In this document: positions 55,890 to 64,000 of the stretch, piece after piece
Position numbering within the stretch: the stretch's first letter is position 1
Layout of the letters: every line of letters begins with the position of its first letter
NCBI GenBank assembly: GCA_963635145.1
Contig: CAVHFE010000003.1
Coordinates: forward strand, 23,357-87,356
DNA: 64,000 nt
Direction: 5' to 3'
Source of the DNA: Oscillospiraceae bacterium
Lineage (GTDB): Bacteria > Actinomycetota > Coriobacteriia > Coriobacteriales > Eggerthellaceae
Notes under the pieces: model-generated
The model's database searches: none
What the model was told of the DNA's origin: nothing
Seen by the model: only the letters and a program-made list of their open reading frames with translations
Translations under genes and position numbers: made by a program

Positions 55890-56690
55890 CTAAAGAAGAA
55901 GGTTGCAGGTTGCGATGACGGCCACCATCAAGAGGAAGGCAACCACGCCGGCGGCGTCGCGCCAGGTGTAGATTAAAGGGTGCAGGCGCCCGCGCCCCGG
56001 ACCGCCATGGTAGCAGCGCGCGTCCATGGCACCGGCAAGCGTTTCAGCATGACGGAACACGCTTGCGAACAGGGGGATGAAGAGCGCCTTAAGAGCACCG
56101 ACGCGTTCGGATACGCTGCCCTCCGACAGGCGCGCGCCACGGCTGAGCTGCGCCGAGCGGGTGTAGGCAAGCTCTTCCATGAACTGGGGAAGGAAGCGCA
56201 GCGCGATGCCCATGATCATTGAGAGCTCATGGGCGGGAACGCCGAAGCGCGCGAAGGGCTTCAGAATCGCCTCGAAGGCATCGGTGATGTCGAGCGTGGT
56301 GGTGGTAAGCGTTACCAGACAGGCACCGAACAGCAGCATCGAAAGGCGAATGCCCATGAAAAAGCACTGGTACACGCCCCCTTCGGTGATCTTGAAAAAG
56401 CCCCAGTCGGCATACACCGTCCCTTGTTGAATGAACAGCAGGTTGGCAAGCATCGCCAAAACGACGATGAACGATAAGGGCAGCACCGCTCCCACGGCCA
56501 CGCGCACAGGGATGCGCGCAACAAGGTAGAAAGCGAAGGTGAAGGCAACGCAGGCCCCCAGAGCATAAGGATTGGTGCAGCAGAGTACGGCAATCATGTA
56601 GAAGAACATGATGCTGAGCTTGGCGCGCGCGTCCATGTTGTGCACCAGGCTTGAGCCGGGGTAGTAGCGGCCGAAAACCATCTTGCCCAT
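55890..56690 (-). CDS. ecfT: ECF transporter transmembrane component
   Basis: GRYYPGSSLVH.MDARAKL, IALRFLP, AQLSRG, AMDARCY; start taken at MGKMVFG. Confidence 0.92.
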   Translation of the reverse strand: MGKMVFGRYYPGSSLVHNMDARAKLSIMFFYMIAVLCCTNPYALGACVAFTFAFYLVARIPVRVAVGAVLPLSFIVVLAMLANLLFIQQGTVYADWGFFKITEGGVYQCFFMGIRLSMLLFGACLVTLTTTTLDITDAFEAILKPFARFGVPAHELSMIMGIALRFLPQFMEELAYTRSAQLSRGARLSEGSVSERVGALKALFIPLFASVFRHAETLAGAMDARCYHGGPGRGRLHPLIYTWRDAAGVVAFLLMVAVIATCNLLL

Positions 56691-56691
56691 G

Positions 56692-57849
56692 TTAGGCCAG
56701 GCTTTCGTTCGGGTTGCCGGACTTGGCGTTCTCCGCCAGGCTTTCGTTTGCGCTGTTGGCAACGGCGCTTTCCGTCAGCTTGTCCAGGGCGGATGCCTCA
56801 TCTGCGGCGGTATGCGCATCGTCCGAGCTGCCGCCTGCAGCGTGCGCAGCGGTTTGGTTAATCGCTCCGGTTTCGCCGCTCGCGCTTCCCCTGCCCGCAT
56901 CTTCACCATGAATCTCGCGATAAAGTTTCGCTACATCAGTGCTCAGCTGTTCGGCCGAGGAATAAAGCTTGTCGGGCAAGGCGATGCCGCGGGCGCGCAG
57001 TTTGTTGGCCACGCGCTGCGCTGCAGGCACGTCGAGCCCGATGGACTTCAGTCCTTCCGCGTCGGAGAACACCTGCTCAGGCGTGCCCTGCGCGAAAACG
57101 CACCCCTGGTTCAGCACGATGATGCGGCTGCAAAGCTGAGCTAGGTCCTCCATGCTGTGCGAAACCATGACGACCGTCAGCCCCTGCTCATGCAATTCCT
57201 TGATTAAGGAAAGGAAGCTCGAGCGCGCCGCAGGGTCAAGACCGGCGGCGGGCTCGTCGAGCACCAGGATGCGGGGCTGCATCGCAAGCACGCCGGCGAA
57301 AGCGACGCGTCGCTGCTGGCCGCCCGAAAGCTCGAAGGGGCTCACCGGGCTGATGGTGTCGAAATCAAGGCGCACATCGGCGAGGGCCTTCCTTACGCGT
57401 GCATCGATTTCCTCTTCGCTGAGCCCCAGGTTGCGCGGCCCGAAGGCGACGTCGTCATAGACGCTTTGCGCGAACAGTTGGTGCTCGGGGTATTGGAAAA
57501 CGACGCCAACCATGCCGCGGCATTGCTTCTGCACGCCCTTGTCGGACAGATCGTGCCCGTCAAGGAGCACGCGCCCTTCAGTGGGGGTCAAAAGCCCGTT
57601 CATGTGCTGGATAAGGGTAGATTTACCGCTGCCCGTGTGCCCGCAGATTCCCAGGAAATCCCCTTCGTTAAGTTGAAGGTTCACCTGATGAAGGGCGTAC
57701 TTTTCGGCAGGGTCGTTACCCCAGGCGGGCTTGTCCAAGGCCGCCTGCTCTTCCTTTTTCTTGCCAAAGAGGCGGCGCGATTTCTTGGGCTTATTGGACT
57801 CCGTGAGGGAGGTGTATGCGTAACTTACCTCTTCGAAAACAAGTTGCAT
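56692..57849 (-). CDS. ecfA2: ECF transporter ATPase A'
   Basis: GHTGSGKST, VFQYPEHQLF, SPFELSGGQQRRVA, LDEPAAGLD; low-complexity C-terminal extension. Confidence 0.92.
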   Translation of the reverse strand: MQLVFEEVSYAYTSLTESNKPKKSRRLFGKKKEEQAALDKPAWGNDPAEKYALHQVNLQLNEGDFLGICGHTGSGKSTLIQHMNGLLTPTEGRVLLDGHDLSDKGVQKQCRGMVGVVFQYPEHQLFAQSVYDDVAFGPRNLGLSEEEIDARVRKALADVRLDFDTISPVSPFELSGGQQRRVAFAGVLAMQPRILVLDEPAAGLDPAARSSFLSLIKELHEQGLTVVMVSHSMEDLAQLCSRIIVLNQGCVFAQGTPEQVFSDAEGLKSIGLDVPAAQRVANKLRARGIALPDKLYSSAEQLSTDVAKLYREIHGEDAGRGSASGETGAINQTAAHAAGGSSDDAHTAADEASALDKLTESAVANSANESLAENAKSGNPNESLA

Positions 57850-58646
57850 AAATCCTCCTCAAGCTCGGACTCGGTAAGGTGGGTGCCCAGCTTGAGCCCC
57901 TGGTTTTGCAGGCTCAAGGAAAGCTCGGTGGCAAAGGGGACGCTCAGGTTGAGGCCGCGCAGCTCGGCCGCGTCGGTGAGCACCTCGGCAGGCGTGCCGC
58001 ATTTGACGATGTGGCCTTCTTTCATAACAACGACGCGATCGGCAAGCGCCGCTTCCTCCATGAAGTGGGTCACCATGATGATGGTCATGCCCGCCTCGTG
58101 CAGTGCGCGTGCGACCTTGGTAAGGCCCTTGCGACCGCGCGGGTCGATCATGGCGGAGGCTTCGTCGAAGATGAGCACTTCGGGGTGCATCGCAAGCACG
58201 CCTGCGATGGCGACGCGCTGCTTCTGCCCGCCCGACAAGGCGTTGGTCTCGCGCAGCTCGAAGCCTTGCAAGCCGACGGACTTCAAGCCTTCGGTCACGC
58301 GGGCGCGCAGCTCCTTGGGATCAAGCCCCAGGTTCTCGGGGCCGAAGGCGACGTCGTTTTCCACCAGGGTGGCGACAATCTGATCGTCGGGATTCTGAAA
58401 CACCATGCCCGCTGTGGAACGGATGAGGTACCAAAGCCCCTGTTCGCGCGTATCGGTGCCATCGACCATGACCGTGCCTTCGTCAGGGATGAGCAGGGCG
58501 TTTATATGCTTGGCAAGCGTCGACTTGCCCGAGCCGTTGCTGCCCAGGATGCATAGGAATTCGCCTTTGGGCACCTTAAGGTCGAGCCCGTCGAGGGCAA
58601 AGTGCTGCCCGTCGTAGGTGAAACGAACGCCGTCGAACTCGATCAT
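57825..58646 (-). CDS. ecfA1: ECF transporter ATPase A
   Basis: GSNGSGKST, VFQNPDDQIV, LSGGQKQRVAIAG, FDEASAMID. Confidence 0.92.
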   Translation of the reverse strand: MIEFDGVRFTYDGQHFALDGLDLKVPKGEFLCILGSNGSGKSTLAKHINALLIPDEGTVMVDGTDTREQGLWYLIRSTAGMVFQNPDDQIVATLVENDVAFGPENLGLDPKELRARVTEGLKSVGLQGFELRETNALSGGQKQRVAIAGVLAMHPEVLIFDEASAMIDPRGRKGLTKVARALHEAGMTIIMVTHFMEEAALADRVVVMKEGHIVKCGTPAEVLTDAAELRGLNLSVPFATELSLSLQNQGLKLGTHLTESELEEDLCNLFSKR

Positions 58647-58670
58647 GGAAACCTTCAAACCTAAAGGCGC

Positions 58671-59264
58671 TTAGCGGCCTTTTACCTGGTTCTTCTTCGG
58701 GGTAATCAGGTTCGAGATTGCCTTGTAGACGGCGATGGTGATAACGGAGTTCAAGACGACCTTGAGCACGTTGAAGGGAACGAGCACGGGGATGATGAGT
58801 GCGATCACGGACTCGACGGGCATGCCCGCGTAGATGGGGGTGATCACGAGGTTCGCCAGGATGGCGACGATGATCTGGCAGATAGAGCCGATGACCAGGC
58901 CGATGGCGGCGCCGCGCCAGGTATGCTTGCGCACGTAGATAAGGGAGGCGGGAATCACGTAGGCGCACACCACGAGGATGTTCATGATGCCGCCCCAGAA
59001 GTTGCCCGTCATGAAGATGTGCAGGATGGCGGTTACCAGGCCGACGGCAACGCCGGGGCCGGCACCGTAGGCAAAGCCGGTGACCATCGAGGGCACGAAG
59101 GAAGGATCGTACTTAAGCCAGGGAGCGGCCGGAAGAATGGGAATCTCGACGAAGGACAAAAGCGTTGCGATGGCCGCCATAAGGGCCATGATCACGAGCT
59201 GGCGGGTGTCCCAGCGGTTGGTGTTGGTGATTTGAGCTGCCTGTTTGTTCTGTTTGTCGGTCAT
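58671..59264 (-). CDS. ECF transporter S component (RibU-like; substrate uncertain)
   Basis: Multi-TM protein; LSFVEIPILPAAPWLKYDPSFVP, ANLVITPIY, PFNVLK; adjacent to ecfA-A'-T. Confidence 0.85.
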   Translation of the reverse strand: MTDKQNKQAAQITNTNRWDTRQLVIMALMAAIATLLSFVEIPILPAAPWLKYDPSFVPSMVTGFAYGAGPGVAVGLVTAILHIFMTGNFWGGIMNILVVCAYVIPASLIYVRKHTWRGAAIGLVIGSICQIIVAILANLVITPIYAGMPVESVIALIIPVLVPFNVLKVVLNSVITIAVYKAISNLITPKKNQVKGR

Positions 59265-59272
59265 GTTCTTCC

Positions 59273-60376
59273 TTACTTGTTATTTGCAGGGGATGCGCTT
59301 GCGTTTGCATGGGGCGCATCCTCGTTTTCGTGCTTGTTGCATGATACGCCCTTTGCGCCGCTTTTGCCCTCTTTTGCCGGTGTGCTGCGCTTGCTTTTGT
59401 ATTTGCGCTCCCACCAAGCTCGGCGCGCCTGGGCTTCGCGGGCGTTCTTCTTGCGGTTGCGCATGTTGAAGACGGTGTCTTCCATGCCGTAGGGGATGTG
59501 CTCAAGCGTATCCAGGTCTTCGGGTAGGTAATCGACGAGCCCGAGTTTGGTGGTTTGCTCCATTGCTGCAGGTGCGGGGCCGGGGTGCGCGATAAGTGAG
59601 TACACCACGGCGCCCTTCTCGACGAGCTTTTCATCGTACTCGCTGCGAACGAAGTTGCGGTGGTGCACGGTGAGAGATGCGCCGGCTATTTGGGGTTTTG
59701 CTTCGGGGCTTTTGGTTGGCCTGGGCGCGGTTTTGCCGTTGGTCTGGGGTGTGCCGGCCTGCGTGCCCCCCTTGCTGCCGGCGTCATCGGCGTTCGCTTC
59801 CTTCTTGGCAAGTTTGCGCATCGCGCCATGGAGGTCCTCGCATTGCCAGTCGATGCGGTAGCCGGCGATGCGCAACTCCTCCAGGCTCCACTTCCAGTAG
59901 GGCATGTTGTCGGTGCGCAGTTCGATGCGGCCGTTCTCGCCCAGGATTGTGCGGTAGCGGCGCAGGTGGTCGATGTGCGTCAGGCGCCGTGCAGCCATTT
60001 TTTTGGGCGGGTAGGGCGCGTTGAAGTTCAAGTGGATGAGGCTCAGCTCGCCGGGCTCGAAGAAATCAAGCAGGTCGGCGGCATCGGCGCGCGCCACAAC
60101 CATGTTGGGCAGCTCTTCCAATATCGCCTTCTTCGCGCAGCGTGCCACGCAGGTGGAATCGATGTCCATGCCGATGTAGAGCACCTCGGGGTTGGCCTTG
60201 GCGCTGCGGGCTAGGAAGGCTCCTTTGCCGCAGCCTAGGTCAAGGCGCACTTCGCGTGCGTCGGGGAAGAAGCTTTGCTTCCAGCGCCCCTTGAAGCTTG
60301 CGGGGTCGTCGACGATGGCCGCCGCCCATTGCTCAAGCTGGGCATCGAGGTTGGAGGGTTTGCGTGCGCGCGCCAC
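59273..60376 (-). CDS. TrmB-like SAM-dependent methyltransferase, divergent
   Basis: LDLGCGKG, NP..LYIGMD, HLNF..P....RRLT, LRTDN..YW.WSLE, SEYDEK; internal low-complexity insertion and basic C-terminal extension. Confidence 0.8.
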   Translation of the reverse strand: MARARKPSNLDAQLEQWAAAIVDDPASFKGRWKQSFFPDAREVRLDLGCGKGAFLARSAKANPEVLYIGMDIDSTCVARCAKKAILEELPNMVVARADAADLLDFFEPGELSLIHLNFNAPYPPKKMAARRLTHIDHLRRYRTILGENGRIELRTDNMPYWKWSLEELRIAGYRIDWQCEDLHGAMRKLAKKEANADDAGSKGGTQAGTPQTNGKTAPRPTKSPEAKPQIAGASLTVHHRNFVRSEYDEKLVEKGAVVYSLIAHPGPAPAAMEQTTKLGLVDYLPEDLDTLEHIPYGMEDTVFNMRNRKKNAREAQARRAWWERKYKSKRSTPAKEGKSGAKGVSCNKHENEDAPHANASASPANNK

Positions 60377-60385
60377 GGTTTTCGC

Positions 60386-61009
60386 CTAGCGGCCCGCGCC
60401 GTCGCAAATGCTGTTGAACACCTTGTCGGCGCGAGGAAGGAACTCGGCGACCATCTGCTCGCACTCGGTTTCCATGCTGCGCGCCCACTCGGCATCGGTG
60501 CCGCGGGTGTTTGCGTACACGTTGATGCTCGCGGTTTGCAGGGCGGCACGTGCCAGGCTTGCGCCGCAAGCGGTGTCGGAAAGAAGCATCTTGGAGCCCT
60601 TGCCCGCAAGCTCTTCCAAAACCTCGATGATGTGTACGGCGTCCTTCGCGATGGCGAAGGGAGTGGCAGCCGAGCCCTTGGTGGCGGCGTCGAGCGCCTT
60701 TTGGCGCGCGGGGTCTTCCTTGTCCATGCGCCAGGCATCCATGAAGGTGGCGAATCCGGCGGCGTCGGCATCAACGTAGCTAAGCATGCTCACGCGTAGC
60801 TCTTCAAGCTCACCGATCATGCGCACGATGTCTTCCTCGTAGTGAGCATAGGCCTTCTTGCCGGTGGTGAAATTGGCCGTCATGGCACCGAGCGCGGCGG
60901 CAAGCGCGCCGGCGAGTGCGGCTGCCCCGCCTCCGCCGGGGACGGATTGCTTGGCGGCGAGCTGCGCGGTGAACTCCGTGCAGCTAAGGTCGACGTAATT
61001 GCTTGCCAT
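60386..61009 (-). CDS. Cyclodeaminase/cyclohydrolase (FTCD C-terminal/FchA-like) family protein
   Basis: LAAKQSVPGGGGAAALAGAL...M.ANFT.GKK.Y, VDADA..F, GSKMLLSD, A.INVYAN. Confidence 0.88.
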   Translation of the reverse strand: MASNYVDLSCTEFTAQLAAKQSVPGGGGAAALAGALAAALGAMTANFTTGKKAYAHYEEDIVRMIGELEELRVSMLSYVDADAAGFATFMDAWRMDKEDPARQKALDAATKGSAATPFAIAKDAVHIIEVLEELAGKGSKMLLSDTACGASLARAALQTASINVYANTRGTDAEWARSMETECEQMVAEFLPRADKVFNSICDGAGR

Positions 61010-61123
61010 GAGGCTCCTTTAAAATCAATTGAAACATGCTGTTCCACAATAACGAAAAGCGTCTGCGCATGATACCGTTGAGCGCAAAAAGAACGAAGCA
61101 AGAACGAAGCCGAGGTTGTGCCC

Positions 61124-63838
61124 ATGTCCCAGGAAAACGAGAAGAAGCCCGCCAGCGTCGAGCCCACCGCGCAGGCCGGTGCCGTGGCGCCCGATGCCGT
61201 GCTGGCAAACACAGCCCATGCGGGTGCTATCCAGGAAAACGTCGATCCCTGCTCGCAGGATGCCTTCGAGCTCGATTATCAGGGTTTCGGCGGCTTAGGG
61301 CTTTTGGCTGACGACCTGTACAGCCGCTCGAGCGAGGATGTTCCGCTCGATCCCGATGAGCTTTTGATGTCCTTCATCGGATGGATGGAGAAGCGCGGTA
61401 TCGAGGTGTGGCCTCATCAGGAAGAAGCCCTGATGAGCATCGCGATGGGTAATCACGTCATCCTGGGCACGCCCACGGGCTCGGGCAAGTCCCTGGTCGC
61501 TTTGGGCATGCACTTCATGGACCTGTGCGCCGATGCGGGCACTTCGTATTACACCGCGCCCATCAAAGCCCTGGTGAGCGAGAAGTTCTTCAACCTGGTT
61601 GATCTGTTGGGGCGCGACAACGTCGGCATGATCACGGGCGACACCTCCATCAACCCCGATGCGCCGGTGATCTGCTGCACCGCCGAGGTGCTGGCCAACC
61701 GCGCTTTGGGCGAGGGCTCTTCGGCCGACATCGCCTCCGTTGTCATGGACGAATTCCATTTCTACGGCGACGTCGATCGCGGTTGGGCATGGCAGGTGCC
61801 GCTCATCGAGCTCACCAACGCGCGTTTCCTTCTTATGAGTGCCACGCTGGGCGACACCTCCCAAATCGCGAGCGCGCTTGAGGAACGCACGAGCCGCTCT
61901 GTTGACGTGGTGGCCGATGCCGAGCGACCCATCCCTTTGAGCTACGAATATGTTGACACTTCGATGGAGGGCACGGTCGAGCTCGCCCTGCGCAAGGGCG
62001 AGGCCCCCATTTACGTGGTCCACTTTTCTCAAGATGCCGCGCTCGATTCGGCGCAGGCGCTGGCCAGCTACGGCGTGGCCACCAAGGAAGAGCGCACGCG
62101 CATCAAGGAGGCTTGCAAGGGCACGAGCTTTTCCACCGCCTTCGGCAAGACCTTGCAGCGCCTGCTCGGTTGCGGCGTCGGCGTGCACCATGCGGGCATG
62201 CTTCCACGCTACCGCCTGCTGGTTGAAAAGCTTGCCCAACAGGGATTGCTCCCGGTCATCTGCGGCACCGACACCTTGGGTGTGGGCATCAACGTGCCCA
62301 TTCATACGGTGCTTTTAACGGCGCTTATCAAGTACGACGGGCACCGGATGCGTAGGCTCAACGCGCGCGAGTTCCATCAGATCGCCGGTCGCGCCGGCAG
62401 GTCGGGCTTCGATACCGAGGGCGTGGTGCTGGTGCAGGCGCCCGATTACGAGATCGAGAACGCGCGCATGCGCGCCAAGGCGGGCAACGATCCCAAAAAG
62501 CAGCGCAAGCTCAAGCTCAAGCGCGCCCCGCAAGGCAAGGTGACCTGGAATAAAGGCGCCTTCGAGAAGCTGGTCGAGGCAAGCCCCGAAACCTTGAAGC
62601 CGCGCATGCGCATCACCAACTCCATGGTGGTCAACCTGGTGGAGCGCGGCGGCGACGTGCGCGCAAGCCTGGACAGCCTCATCGAGGCCTCAAGCCAGAC
62701 CCCGGATGAAAAGCTCGCCCTCCACACGCGCGCCAACGAGGTTCTTGCGACGCTCGAGGCCGCCGACGTGGTGGAGCACGAGGTTTTGGAGGATGGTTCC
62801 TGGGATTACTTCCTTACCGTGGATATGCCCGAGGATTTCGCGCTTGATCAGCCCTTGTCGCCCTTCTTGCTGGCGGCACTGGAGCTTCTTGACCCTGAAT
62901 CCGATGATTACGCGCTTGACGTTATCTCGATGGCGGAGGCTACGGTCGAGAACCCGCGCCAGGTTCTGCGTGCCCAGGAACGCAGGGCGAAATCGCAGGC
63001 CATAGCCGCGATGAAGGCCGAGGGCGTGGGCTACGACGAGCGCATGGACAAGCTTGAGGAAATCACCTATCCCAAACCCCTGGCCGAGGAGCTTGACCAG
63101 GCCTTCAGCATGTACTGCCAGTCGGTGCCCTGGGCGGCCGATTACGAGCTCATGCCCAAGAGCATCCTGCGCGAGATGATAGAGACGGGCGCAACCTTCA
63201 AAAGCTATGTTGCCAGTTACAAAATCGCGCGCAACGAGGGCACGCTCCTGCGCTATTTGTCAGATGTGTACCGCGTGCTCGATCGCACCATCCCGCTCGA
63301 CAAGTGCGACGATCGCCTGGAAGACATCATCGCCTGGCTTTCGGTGGTGGTGCGCACGGTCGACTCCAGTTTGGTGGACGAATGGGAAAATGCCGGCTCC
63401 CAGATGGACGAAGCCGCGCCTGCCGCGCCCGCGGCCGTGGTCATCGACCGCAGGGGCCTTACCGTTCTGGTGCGCAACGCCTTCTTCCAGCGCGTGCGCC
63501 TGTTGGCGTCCAAGAACGCCGAGGCCTTGGCCGAGCTCGATGGCGAGTGGGGCTTTGGGCTCAGGCGCTGGCGCCAGGTCATCGATACCTATTTCGAGGC
63601 TCACGAGGAAGTCCTGTTGGACGCCGACGCGCGTTCCACCTCGCATTTCTTCCTGGACGAGTCCGACGAAAAGGAAGCCCATGTGTGGCATGTGCGCCAG
63701 CTTATCCGCGACGAAGAGGACGACCGCGATTTCCAGATTCTTGCCGACGTTGACTTGGACGCCACGCAGGATGGCGGCGACGTGGTGCTTGCCAACTATC
63801 GTGTCGGCTTCATCGAGGATTTGCTGGACGAGGACTAG
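61124..63838 (+). CDS. Ski2-like DEAD/DEAH helicase with DUF3516-like C-terminus
   Basis: PTGSGKS, YTAPIKALVSEK, MDEFH, MSAT, VHHAG, GTDTLGVGINVP, QIAGRAGR. Confidence 0.92.
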   Translation: MSQENEKKPASVEPTAQAGAVAPDAVLANTAHAGAIQENVDPCSQDAFELDYQGFGGLGLLADDLYSRSSEDVPLDPDELLMSFIGWMEKRGIEVWPHQEEALMSIAMGNHVILGTPTGSGKSLVALGMHFMDLCADAGTSYYTAPIKALVSEKFFNLVDLLGRDNVGMITGDTSINPDAPVICCTAEVLANRALGEGSSADIASVVMDEFHFYGDVDRGWAWQVPLIELTNARFLLMSATLGDTSQIASALEERTSRSVDVVADAERPIPLSYEYVDTSMEGTVELALRKGEAPIYVVHFSQDAALDSAQALASYGVATKEERTRIKEACKGTSFSTAFGKTLQRLLGCGVGVHHAGMLPRYRLLVEKLAQQGLLPVICGTDTLGVGINVPIHTVLLTALIKYDGHRMRRLNAREFHQIAGRAGRSGFDTEGVVLVQAPDYEIENARMRAKAGNDPKKQRKLKLKRAPQGKVTWNKGAFEKLVEASPETLKPRMRITNSMVVNLVERGGDVRASLDSLIEASSQTPDEKLALHTRANEVLATLEAADVVEHEVLEDGSWDYFLTVDMPEDFALDQPLSPFLLAALELLDPESDDYALDVISMAEATVENPRQVLRAQERRAKSQAIAAMKAEGVGYDERMDKLEEITYPKPLAEELDQAFSMYCQSVPWAADYELMPKSILREMIETGATFKSYVASYKIARNEGTLLRYLSDVYRVLDRTIPLDKCDDRLEDIIAWLSVVVRTVDSSLVDEWENAGSQMDEAAPAAPAAVVIDRRGLTVLVRNAFFQRVRLLASKNAEALAELDGEWGFGLRRWRQVIDTYFEAHEEVLLDADARSTSHFFLDESDEKEAHVWHVRQLIRDEEDDRDFQILADVDLDATQDGGDVVLANYRVGFIEDLLDED

Positions 63839-64000
63839 CTGCCGGGCAAAGGGGCTAGTCGCCGGACGAGGGTTAGATGCCAGGCAAAGGGATTGGCCGC
63901 CGGTCGAACTGTGGTCATTTACAGGAGCTTTACCGCCCCGCACCTGATTCTTGCTATCATGATTCGCTACATTGCGCAGGGCTTCTGCGCGTTTTATGCA

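Noticed and set aside
56692..56900. Low-complexity EcfA' tail with a repeated NESLA peptide
   Set aside because: Short local duplication in a probably disordered extension; no evidence of function
61089..61110. Tandem AAGAACGAAGC duplication between divergent genes
   Set aside because: Only two 11-nt copies; too little support for a regulatory call
1..64000. CRISPR array, cas genes, rRNA or IS elements
   Set aside because: No regularly spaced repeats, rRNA-like segments or transposase motifs seen

Overview
High-GC chromosomal segment, most likely from a Coriobacteriia/Eggerthellaceae-like actinobacterium (inferred from gene content and order). It is mostly housekeeping: three tRNAs (Ser-GCT, Leu-CAG, Arg-CCT), a DUF2207-like gene, aroK, serA, the fhaA-fhaB-pstP-rodA::pbpA-pknB cluster, rnhA, engB, mscS, pntAB, gatCAB-recQ, usp, a his operon split by fba (with a hisZ::hisG fusion), T-box-pheST, an NSS transporter, a split five-gene glutamate synthase cluster, an ECF transporter operon with a divergent TrmB homolog and a cyclodeaminase/cyclohydrolase-family gene, and a Ski2-like helicase. 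The one accessory-looking region (12.7-22.7 kb, after tRNA-Arg) holds two tandem ~1,600-aa secreted GG[A/G]I-repeat surface proteins. Their heads have diverged but their Lys-rich C-terminal cassette is nearly identical at DNA level (398 bp, 3 mismatches). Non-coding signals include a nested structured leader before serA, HisR-like operators before both halves of the his operon, a GlnR-like direct-repeat box before the glutamate synthase cluster, and a terminator-type Phe T-box. I saw no CRISPR array, integrase, transposase or rRNA. All assignments come from reading the sequence; no database searches were run.
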